Shown: positions 48,781 through 59,916 of the stretch, piece by piece | How positions within the stretch are numbered: position 1 is the first letter of the stretch | Layout of the letters: each line of letters begins with the position of its first letter | DNA from: Bilabrum cf. latius | Lineage: Eukaryota | DNA: 64,000 nucleotides | Assembly: GCA_965178125.1 (NCBI GenBank) | Contig: OZ237759.1 | Coordinates: forward strand, 186,001-250,000 | Reading direction: 5' to 3' | Made by a program: the position numbers and the translations under genes | Notes under the pieces: model-generated | Seen by the model: the letters and a program-made list of their open reading frames with translations, nothing else | The model's database searches: none | What the model was told of the DNA's origin: nothing

Positions 48781-51700
48781 CCGGCGCCGTGAAAGGTCGG
48801 ATTTGGCCGACCGACCGGTATCGCCGATATCGGTACCTTCAATTCACCTTACCGATTCTCGCGTACCATTCAAGTAATCCTAAAATAATATCAAGATATT
48901 GAAAATTGTATAAGTTAACTATCGACTGCGAGTGTTACTCATTGATAAACTTGCGACAATAGTATACTTGGTGGTCATGAAACCAAACGCTCGATTTTCA
49001 GGAAGGGCTACTTTGATACTGCAGAAGTTTGTCCAAGCAGGCATGCTTGCAAAATAAACAAGCTTTTTTGAATTAATCGGTGGTTATATTATATATAAGT
49101 CTTAGCGCAAAAAAGTTACCGAACGGTTTACAAGATATTGAATCGAATGTGGACCTGCCATGAATTACGTGCTTCGTGACCCGATTCTTGTGCATCTATC
49201 TACTTGGCATTTATATCAACTTAATCTACATCACAGCCAAATCATGTTTCCAGATGATACAGAGATTCTTTACAATCCCCACAAATGAACTTGCAGCAGC
49301 GTGAACACACTTTGTAGGAAGAAACCGACTAATGATGCTGCCGCTTGCTGCATCTGGAGCCCTTGCACTTGGCGCTGCACCCCCCTCGACGGCTCTTTGA
49401 TCGTCCGCTACTGAGAAAATTAATCAGTCCTGCTTGTAACTACTCCTTTCCAATCAAATGGAGCGAGCCCAGCAGCGTAGCTACCACGTGCTGCTTTCTA
49501 CATCCAAGGTTCCCGGGGGTCGCCTCCGCACGCATCCCAGCTGAGGTTGCAGCACCGCGAGTTCCTGCACGTGCATGTCGGTAAGGACGCATCAATTCGT
49601 CATACAACAGCTGCACAAACATACCACGAGCCTGTCGATGCCGCACCATGTGCTAAACCTGTTCCTGAACGGATTTGCTGCTAGCTCCAGCAGCTTGCCG
49701 ACGAGTGGGTCCGTGGCGTAGCAGTCGACGTGCCTCCAAGTTGACCCAGATGATGTACGTATTGACGATAACTTGCTCCATTAAACCTTCCCACACTCTT
49801 AAGTATGCCCTAGTCTCTCCCTGGAATGAATTTGTTAGCGAAAGTTGCGTCCGGAACTTGTCAGCTAGATCCACACCCCCCATGTACTTGTTGTAGAGGA
49901 CGGACACGAGGGGCGCGTTCACCACACTCAGGTCGCCACCATCTCTCCGTAGCGTCTTTACCAAGCAAACAAAGTACTTCGTAGGAATGTTAGAAGCCAT
50001 AAGAAATGGTTCGCGGTCACAGTATCCAAAAACTTGCATCCCATAAGCTGAATCATCTGGCGAGTCAAAGGCTACTGTCTGGCCAGGGCTCAACAGGCCC
50101 CGACTGCCAAGGTCCTCTTCGGCCAGCAGCGATCCCGCAGGAAGCTCACTCGCATCAAAAACATCACCAGCTGTTACATTACATAAAGATACTTTGCTGG
50201 GCCCAAGAAGAGCGCGCTTCACAGTATGCCCGCGTTCGCCTGGGGTTCGTCTGTTCAGCTAGCCAATCGCGTGGTACAGCTCACCGCTCACTTTGCCTTG
50301 GCGAAGCGTGCCAACAACCCGAAGGCCTTTGCTGGTGGCCCAATCACACAGTGGAGCCGATGTAAAGTAGTTATCCACCGCTAGGAGGCCCCCGTTCAAG
50401 TTTTTGCCCATTGCCTTCGACGCAACAGCTGCTGTTTGCAGGTCCATCCGGGTCAGCTACCCGGCAGCGGTGCCGCTGCCGGTTGCTACCTTATACGAGT
50501 ACTCAGTCTTCCCTCTGTACTATCGTGTATCATCGGCAACAGATGTTGCTAGATCCAAATGGTACACATACCCGTCTTTTCGTGCAGCTGCCCATAGCTT
50601 AAAGCCATGCGATGTGGGCTTGTTCGGCATGATGACACATGCCCGATTTCGGCCGTACGCCATCACCATCATCTCATCGACGGCGATGCTCTTTGGGCTC
50701 AAAGTAGCGGCACGAAAGTACTCTGAAACTGCATCTAGCATGCCTGGTGGATATTCTATGAGTACCCGCTCGCGAGGACTGCCCACACTCCCTAGCCTCA
50801 TTGTGGCGCGCTCCTCCGCCAGCAGGGGTGCCGGAGCCTCCTGCAACCTCCCGGCGAAAGACAAGTTTCGATGGAACCGATTCCAGTCTTGCACTACGAT
50901 ATCGTCTTTCATGCGCACCAGGAACTACTTTGATTGCAGCAATTCTAAAGGTATCCGGGGTCGAATGAGAGACCGAGTCAATACCACGGCCAGGAACATC
51001 ATGGCAACTGGCATGTCCATTGGTTGGTCGCTGCCGGCTGGCCGGCTGCCTGGCCAGCTACCTCTGCCGCTGCAGTGCCTCGCCACGAAAATGCAATATC
51101 GAGAGGCACCAGCGAGCACAGAATGCGTATTGGAGATATTGGTTGTTCATGATGAGCCGTCATCCAGCCTTTGACATACTCAGTAGCAGCCACATGAGTA
51201 GCCGCTGTGCGAGCGATCGGGATCCCATCACCGCCAATCACAACCCGGTCATTCAAGAAGTACCTATATTCAGGCTCATCAACCAACGATGCAATTTTGT
51301 CCATAGGAAACATACTTTCATATTGCTCTATTCTGCGCCGCTTTGCTTGGTGAGCCTACTGCCTCCTACGATGCTGCACCGGAGGCCGGCTCAAAGTTGC
51401 AGACCGACTGGATACCGGCTCGTCCTCGTCTGAATCGCCGACATAGTCCATCTCATCATCGCTGGCCTATGCTTCGCCCAACAAATCACGTAAATCATCA
51501 TCTTTTGTCGATTTATTTGCATTGTCCTCTTGCCGTTTACGCTTGGACCCAGCGCGTCGGCTCGAACTGGCCGCATGGGACGGGCTGCTTCTTGACTACT
51601 TGCTAGCAACCGAAACGCTAGATATAGGTTTACAAGACTCCAATGAGAATTTTGGGATTGACTGAGATGCTTCTGCGAAGGCTAAGCACAAATAAGCGAT

Positions 51701-52675
51701 GAAGGCTGATATCAGTGGCCTTGCAGCAACACCGTGCATGGCCAATTCTGCACAGGACGCAAGCCCGATTGTGGCCCTATTATACCTCTGTATAATTATT
51801 TAAGCTCGTCCACATCACCATGGAATGATTTTCAACCAACACCTCGTCAAGCATACCACGGATGCATGGATACTGTCAATGAGTGCCACATTCATGGCTT
51901 CCGGTGCCTCTGCGGCAGATTGTACGGTACCCCGAAAATAGCCGGCTACAGCCCATGCAATTCCATCAACCATAACAATACCGTACTCACTTTGATCGAT
52001 GAGCCTGAGTTTGGCGGATTTCTGCTCGTGACGCCGAGACGAGGCACTCCCACCAGGGGCACTTGCACCCCGAGACCCAACTTCGGACGCGCCGCTGGAG
52101 CCACTTTTTCGCCTCCCACTCGTTCTTCTCGCAAACTTAGACGGAATCCTCCACATGATATTGCATTCAATACCCTTGTATCTCAACAGTAGTGCCAGTG
52201 TGTTAAAAGTCTATTGCGCTAAGGTATAAATGCCCTGCAAATTTTGGAACCGTTTGAACCGACGTGTGTTGGAATGGCAGCCAAATTTCGCTAGATTGCT
52301 AATGAATGAGCCTGGCGACCTGATAACATGTTGTCAAGTATGTGTTTAACTACTAAGTACCAACAGAAACCAAAGAAAAGCTTTTTTGGCGGCACACGGT
52401 GCGTGCATCTGGCACCCCTCGCCAGCGAGTAAAATCTTGGGCTGGGGGTGGTCGCCAAAAATGGTGGTCGCAAGCACGACTCGTTTTCAGTCTAATGCTG
52501 CGAATTGCATGGCTCCGTTGGGACTGCATTACATTTAAATGTTACATTAGATATTTTTGCAATGTAAATTTACCCAAGAAATTGGTCCAGTTCTCAGCAA
52601 TGGGAGCCTAAAGGCACGATGGTCGCGATTTTGGGACTCGGAATGCCAATAATGGCGGACCTTTCACGGCGCCGG
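48781..52675. mobile_element. piggyBac-superfamily DNA transposon (3895 bp) with TTAG target-site duplication
   Basis: Perfect 18-bp TIRs ccggcgccgtgaaaggtc (48781-48798; inverse 52658-52675), flanked by direct TTAG (48777-80 and 52676-79). Encloses a piggyBac transposase and has lower GC than its flanks. Confidence 0.93.
49242..51739 (-). CDS. piggyBac transposase (DDD) with C-terminal Cys-rich domain; one apparent frameshift at ~51020-51060
   Basis: AVDEMM..MPNKPTSHGFKLW, AVDNYFTS, VVGTLR, YNKYMGGVDLAD and C-terminal CSRCCKFICGDC..H. Ten in-frame TAGs; ends TGA 49242. The acidic/basic N-terminal part is in a different frame from the catalytic part. The 5' end is uncertain (possible upstream exon ~51815-52156). 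Confidence 0.85.
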
Positions 52676-52707
52676 TTAGTACTCGGCCCGAATAGCAAAC
52701 TACTGAA

Positions 52708-55700
52708 TTAGGCTGGAGCTAGGCCAGGACACGGCTGTAGCGATCGCGACCAAATCAGGGCGAGCACAACCATCGGCACCGACACGCTCAGCAGCTGCAG
52801 CCGCTGCAGGCCCACCAGCACTGGCTCCAGCCCATACACAGCGCGATCCTCCGACTCCTGGAGCACTGACCGAAGCAGCTCGGCATCATCCCCGCCCGCT
52901 GCCAGGCGAGCCGCCGCCAGCGAGCACTCCTGCCAACCACACACCCCGAGCACGCACAGCACCACCCACACCAGCACGCCTGCCACCAGCACGTCCTCCG
53001 CCAGGCGAAGCCACCATCCGTGCCTGTGCACAACGCCAAGCCGCAGCTGCAGCGACCGCCACGCCAGCTCTTTCAGAGACTTGCGGGGCCCTTCCTTTTG
53101 CCCAACACCATTATTGTCTACATGGTCCTGCAGCAACGGCCGCCTGCTGACATGCCTGGCTGCCTGCACATCGTCCCTGTATGCCATCCATGCCGCGGCT
53201 GCCTGGACCTCCCATGCCAGCACGGACAGGCCCCTGATGGCCGAGAAGAGGGCGGGCTGCAGGGCCTGCATGCGGGCCAGTCCCGCGATGGCTCGGTCCT
53301 CGCTGGAGGCAGAGGCGCGCAGCGCGGCAGTGAGCACCTGGGGATCTTGCCGCAATAGGTTGCTTGGTACTCGTTCACTCTGGACAGCAGTTGGAGTGGA
53401 CCGATGAATATCGTCGGTTTTGCTTGCCGCCTTCCGCGGCTCACAGACAGTGTGGTCCTGGTGGCCAGGCGCCAGCACACCTCCCGTCGACTGGACGATC
53501 TGCTCGTCCTCGGTATCGAAGAAGTCCATGGATCTTGCCAGGTCACCCAGAGTACTCCGGGAATCGTACGGATGATCTTCCGAGTCAGAAACTGAGTGTG
53601 AGTTTGGCTGCTGCAGCGGCCCTTGCACCGAATTAGCATCGCTATCTGCAGCTTGTTGGCATCGAGCTGTGGACCGCAGCACGGCAAGTCTGGTCCTGGC
53701 CAGCCTTGCTGTGCCCCCTTGTGGGCGACTGTTGCGGTCTCGCCATGATGCCGCGTTCTAGCCACGGGCATCCTCAGGCGCCTTGGCAGACCCACCGGCA
53801 GGAGGAGCCGGCTTCCGCGGTCCCCTGGAGTCAACGTCTGGAGGAGCCCATGCCTGCTCGGTCCCATCCGTCTTGCGCCCCGCCCTCCTCAGCTGTCGGC
53901 CCTGAAGGGGAGCCCCCACACTCGTCCACAGCGCGGCAGGGTCTGACTCTCCAGATGTTTGGTTCTCGGATGAACCTCCCCACCCACCAGCACCAACGAG
54001 TGCGGCCGTCAAACTGGCACAAATGGCGCTGCAACCATCGCAGCAGCAATAGCAAGTCTCAGGGGGCATGCAAAGCAAGGAACACTGGAATTGCTCATTG
54101 GCTTCCTATTCATTTGCCGGGCCAACATGATTGGGCTACTCGCCTGGCCCCCCAACTGAATACGGCTACCCAGGAGCAAAGCCTGCATCGCCCATTTCGG
54201 CCCTGGCTGGAGCTTTCCATGCATCAGCTACAGAACCGAGCAAATCCACTCTGCACCCCAGCACCATCCCTAGTCGAACCACGCACATAATGGCCAGTCC
54301 CAGCCCCAGCACTAGTGCAGGCAGCGAGCACTCGGCATACACGAGGGTCACCACTAGCGTCCACAGCCAGACAGTTCTCGATGCGAATGCACTAACCCCG
54401 GACACGTCGTGCCAAGCAGCGGTGCTATCATCGCGACGTGATTCTGACTGTGCCGTTTGGACACCATGTTGCCATACTATCGGATCCTCGTACTAATGGT
54501 CGTCATCAGAGCCTTGCTACAGCACTTCATCTTCAAGACTAGTAGCATGAACAGAATCCGCCATCATGACCCGCAAGTCAATTGCGCCGCATAAAGTCGC
54601 GAAGAATGCCATGGCACTGGCTGCAAGCAGAAGCAGCTGCGGCCACATCGTCGACTTGCCAAGCAGCACGCCCCACTCCTGCTCGCAGTGCTCTGCTCTT
54701 GCCTTGCCCATCGCCTTCAGGCATGGCAGCTGCACGCTGTACGACACGGACTCGGGATCCACCGCCAGCAGCCAGGTGCCGCCCTCGCTGCCCGGCCGCT
54801 GGCCCCGGAGAGTGGCGGCCAGGCGCTGGGCCACGGCGCCGGCGGACCGAGCGCGTTGTGGCAAGTTGGATACAGCAGCCGATTGATTGCCATTTGGGGC
54901 TTGCGGGTGTACCAGCACAGTGATCGACAAGCGCATCGGCAGCATCGGCCGAGTACTTGACGAAGGCCTACTGCTCATATTTACGAGCGCAGCTGACCCA
55001 GTGCGGATCAAAACCACCCGAGCATCCCACCGTCTGGACTCAGCAGTGTCTCCGGCCAGATCTCTGAGGTCATCCAGTAGGTCATCCAACATCCACTGGA
55101 TTTGGGTGGGGCCGGGGTTCGGGTAGTCTAACCCAGGCGGCTGATCCGCGCCCCACCAGATTGCCATGGCCTGTGCAGGCAGCCACACGTTCCTGTCGAA
55201 CAGAAGGTCAAACGTGAGTACTGCACGAGCCACGAGCTCGCGCGAGCCCCAGCTCTGCAGCAAGAACCGATTGTGCAGGTGAAAAAACCGCTGGCTTCCA
55301 GAAGGGTGGTCCTACCTACATACCATCTCTGGTGGTGCTGGAATAGAGCTAGTATTGGAGCCATACCTGGGTACGGGGTACCCGCCCTTTGCAGCTCCGG
55401 GTACAAGAGGTACCACGGCCGGTGCTTTCGCAAGCCGATCCACCTGCAGCAGCTCGTCCGACTGGTGCAGCCGAGGGTGTCCCAACCACTCGCCGTACCA
55501 CACCCGCACCACGCTCGCCAACTGCTCCCAAGCACCCTCAGACTGCTCCAGGCCCACGTCTACTGGCAGCCGGATGGGATCATCGCACGCTGCCACGCAC
55601 ACGGGCCGGCCCGCGAAGTTGCCCAGCAGGCTGGATCGGTGGCAGACCCACGAGCCCCCCTAGATGCGCGGCAGGGAGCTGTCCGGGTGCAGCGGGAAGA

Positions 55701-57783
55701 TGCGGGAAGGGACGGCACCACGGTACACGGCCAGCGGGCCTGATAGCATGCTTTCCACTCTTGGCAGTCCCTGGTCTGCGGGACTTTCTTGATAGCGTTG
55801 TTGCGTCAGCTTGTACTGCCCCAGCCCAAATGAGAAGTTTCTCGCAATCTTGCCCGGCACACCCGAAGGGATGGGATACCGGCCTCGCGTCGCCGGGAAC
55901 ATCGGACTCCGCAGGTCATGCTTGCTCTAATAAGGCCGCATGGTATTACCGAGCCCGAAAGCTCGGGAGTTCTGCGACGCCGGCAGGTCGGTCGGCATCA
56001 GGTCCACGTTCCACATGGAGTGGTCCACATCGTACGCCACCGCGCACCCCAGCCTAGCCCGAGGGAACAGCCCGCTCACCGCATCCGTCCTGCTGTACTG
56101 CTCCAGCAGCTGCACCAGGCTGGGCGTCGAGTTCCACGAGGCCATGCCCACGTCGGGGGTACAGTTGCGGCCCTGGACGCACCAGGGGTCGTCCAGCAGC
56201 ACCCGGATGCCAGTTACTGGCGCCCCAGCTCCGCTGCTAGACTTTGACGAAGGGGTTACAGTGCATTGGGCGTCTGATCTGCCGGAAGAGCTCGAACCAG
56301 CATGGTTCGAGCCCGATTTCGTGCTCATCAGCTCGCTTGTAGGCACATCGACAGTCATTGCCACCACGTGCGCCCTGTTGACCCTCCACTGGTAGTCGGG
56401 GCTATCCCCCACGATGGGGGTCCCGGGGGTTATGGGAAGCACGGCCACTGTCCCGGGCGGATACATTGTCATGAGAGATTGATGCCAGCGTGGCGTCCCC
56501 TGCTTTGCCACCACGTGCGACCTCGAGCTCAGGCTCACAGCCCCGATGGAACATACCCTGATCATGAAGATGCTCGCTGGACCCGGTACATGTACCTAGG
56601 GATAGAAACTGTCGATGTTGCGGCCTTTCCACACCGGACAGGTCGAGTTTGGTGGCCCATCTCCACTGCCTGAGCTCCGCACGGCCGGCCACTGCTGCTT
56701 GGGGGGCCACACGGTGAGCTGCCTGCAGACGTCGTTGCCTTCTATGGTGGTGTTCCAGGTGGTGTTGATGGGGCTGTATATGGACCGGGGACAAGCATAA
56801 GCCACAACAGCTAAGCACATTGTGGTTGAGACCACTGCACCATCGTTGGACAACAAGAGCTGTGTTCCGAAATCGTCGGCCATGGACGGCGCAAATCCAT
56901 GCCGGTGTCCCCCACTTGCGAATGAAGGAGTCGTGGCATATGCCTGCGCACCTTGGCTATACACTGATGCTACGAATCCAGCGGACATTATCGAGAACCA
57001 GTTCTCCACGCTCCACGGCTCGGCCGCCCTGGTGGGGAGGCTCATCGCGTAGTCGCTGGCGTTGTGGCCAAGGTGCGCCGGCTGCAGCTGGGGGGTCGCC
57101 AGGGCCGGTGCATTTGTAGGAAGCGTAAGTGCAACCGAATTTCCCCCTGCGTAAGATTCTTCCGAAGATTGAACAGAGCGTGGTGCGCGCTTGGCGAACG
57201 TGAAGTGACAGACGTTGTAATCCCACAAGAAGACTCACACCGTCTTGCCAACGTGGAATGCCCGCCAGGACAGACTGGCCATTGCCAACGGTACCCACGA
57301 TGTGCCCAGTACGCCATTGGGCCAGCTTCATTCATCCAAGGGAGTGCGACCAGCGATGCGCTGTCCTCCTGCACGACAACGCTCGCGACCGCGGAGGAAA
57401 GAATTCTTTGAGTCCGACATTGCAACCCACCAGTCCCTACACTCAGCACAGTTGGAACCCGGTACCAAGTTGCTGCGCTCCGACGATTGGAATTAGAATA
57501 GTGAGGAAAAATAGCAGGCTAGGGTTGAAGGTCCTTGGAAGGCCATCGGCTTACCGTTAGATGTAGCGGCTGGCATGATACTTGAACCAATACCAGCGAG
57601 ATTGCTACAAGAATACTCATCATCGAACCTACTTTCATGAGGAGAAACCATGATTTGCGGCTACATGGTCTCAATGCTGAAGTAAACTGCATTAGAGTTG
57701 CCCTCGGATGCGATAGCTTTGCTCATATTCGATACGACTGCGCTTAATGCTATCGGAGTAGCAAGAAACGCTAAATACTTCAT
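52708..57783 (-). CDS. Large uncharacterised membrane protein (signal peptide, long ectodomain, several TM segments), ~1630 aa; introns 57554-57473 and 57238-57147
   Basis: Nine track ORFs share one frame and are joined by TAG (57661, 56596, 55927, 55660, 55312, 54517, 54493, 54166, 53758). N-terminus MKYLAFLATPIALSAVVS. GTAAGC and GTGAGT introns. Ends TAA. No family recognised. Confidence 0.6.
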
Positions 57784-58078
57784 GCATTTTTTGTTATCAT
57801 TGTATGACGGCCGCATATGCGCCGTGATTGTGACAGTACAATCCTGGATGGGCCGAGAGGCTGGCACTCAGAGAGTCTCTTCATCTTCAAATGACCATGC
57901 CTGCCACCTCAGGCTATCGACTCGCCGACTATGATAGTATCGAGGATCCCGACAGAGAAAAATGGTGGAACCGGGAAGGCTGATCTAGCTGGCCAACCTT
58001 TCGTGACTTCGATCCGATACAGCGCTCGGCGACCGTGAATCACGACAAACGTACGGGCACGGAACCATGCATCACCGC

Positions 58079-59603
58079 TCAGCTCTGGTTCTTGAAGAGC
58101 GCCGACACGCTCTCCCTTGCGCTGATCCTCTCGATGGCGTGCGCCAGCAGCGGCGCCACGTTAAGCTGCCTGATCTTGCCGCAGGTCTTGGCGTGCGCGG
58201 GCAGCGGGATGGTGTTCACCGTGACGACCTCCTCCAGCACCGAGTCCTTGATCCGATCCACGGCGGGGCCAGAGAGCAGCCCGTGGGAGGCGAAGGCGTA
58301 CACCCTCCTGGCCCCGTTGTCCTTGATGTGCTTGGCGGCCTTGCACAGGGTACCCGCCGTGTCGATCATGTCGTCCACGATGATGCAGTCAGCGCCCTCC
58401 ACCACGCCCACGAGGTCCATGCGCGCGATTGAGTTGGCCTTGGCCCTCTGCTTGATGATCATCGCGAGACCAGTAGAGTCAGTGTCCGTGGCCTTGTTGA
58501 GACCCTCTCGGAACCTCTTGGCCCTGTACACGCCTCCCGCATCGGGCGACACCACCACCACGTTCTGGAGGTCCTTGATCCCGGCGAAGTACTCCACGCC
58601 CACCTGGCCCGCCTCCAGGTTGTCCACGGGCACACGGGGTCCGAAGAAGCCCTGGATCTGGCCGCAGTGAAGGTCCACCGCCACCACGCGGTCCACGCCG
58701 ATCGCCTCGAGCAGGCGAGCAATGTCGGCCGCGCTGATCGGGACACGGGACTGCATCTTCCTGTCCTGGCGGGCGTAGCCGTAGTACGGGATCACGCACG
58801 TGATGTTTTCCGCCGAAGCGCGGCGCATGGTCGACACCATGAGGAGGAGCTCCATGAGGTTTTCGTTCACCGGGGTGCAAGTCGGCTGCACGATGTACAC
58901 ATCCTTACCACGGACATTCTCGTTCACCTGTGCGAACCAATCCAACATATTACAAGGCATTGCATGTTGATTCATGGTCGACGTAGCAAGTTTAGAGCAT
59001 AGTGCCGCAGGGGTTAGGGGTTGCGTTGGATCAGTGGCGGCAACACAATAATTGCAGTTTAAGCCATGTAATGCTTACCTATACATTGACTTCTCCGTCC
59101 ATGAATCGCCCGACGGTGATATCGCCTAGTTTCTGCAGCTGAATGGTGCCAAGGTGCGATGCAATTCCTCGTGGCAGCGGCAAGCAAGAACTCGAGCTTT
59201 TGGCAGAGACCAGGGGCAGCATACGGACCAAAAGGCGCGAATAAGTTAACATGACTTCAAGTTTCTGTTTTCAAGATCTCACAGTGCCGAGGTGCTTCGC
59301 AATGTCTGCCGCTAAATCAAGGTTGGCGTTCCCACTGAAAATTCGAATGGTCTCAGAACCATTCCGTGCTGGGCTGGCAGCACGAATGGTACCATGGCCT
59401 ACCACTGGCTCTTCCCTGGCTTCACTAGCCTCACACTAGACTGGAGACCCCCAAATGCCTGCTGCGAGCCCTAGTCCTGCACCAGCAACTGCGGCAGCCG
59501 ACACGGCACGAGTACCAGCTCCCATCGTACCAGCACGAGATGCCATTCCGCCGAATGACCAAACAGATCTTGATGTCAACTTTCGCATTGCCCTGGCGAA
59601 CAT
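58079..59603 (-). CDS. PRPS: Ribose-phosphate pyrophosphokinase (PRPP synthetase); exons 59603-59283, 59132-59079, 58927-58079
   Basis: IFSGNANLDLA|KLGDITVGRFMDGEVNV[TAG]|VNENVRGKDVYIVQ, PYYGYARQDRK, VDLHCGQIQGFF, VSPDAGG, IVDDMIDTAGT. Canonical introns; TAG also at 59436. Ends TGA. Confidence 0.95.
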
Positions 59604-59916
59604 ATTCGCTGAAACACTGATGTGATTGCTGGTTGCAAGTCCATCCTTGATTGTTTGCGATGATCCGATCGGATCTATATGCCTCAAATTGGTTACAACC
59701 GTAAATGCGCATTGCGTAGTCAACACAAAAAGGAGACGCCCTTGCTTGGAATGAACTTGGCTGCGACTGTGATGCACAAAAACGGTGCCGAGAGAAGCGC
59801 CACAGAATTGTGGTGAGCCTCAGCAGCGGCACGGGTCACTGGCACGCGGTCCACACATCGCGGGCCTGTCCCGTCAATCTCTGGCCTCACTGAAAGCAAG
59901 AACGGGCTCGCCTGCA

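Noticed and set aside
57473-57554. In-frame TAA at 57493 as evidence for UAA reassignment
   Set aside because: It lies inside a GTAAGC...CTAAT...CGCAG intron, where it is part of the branch-point-like motif.
58928-58975. Track start MNQHAMPC for PRPS
   Set aside because: This is intron sequence; the true N-terminal motifs are on two upstream exons.
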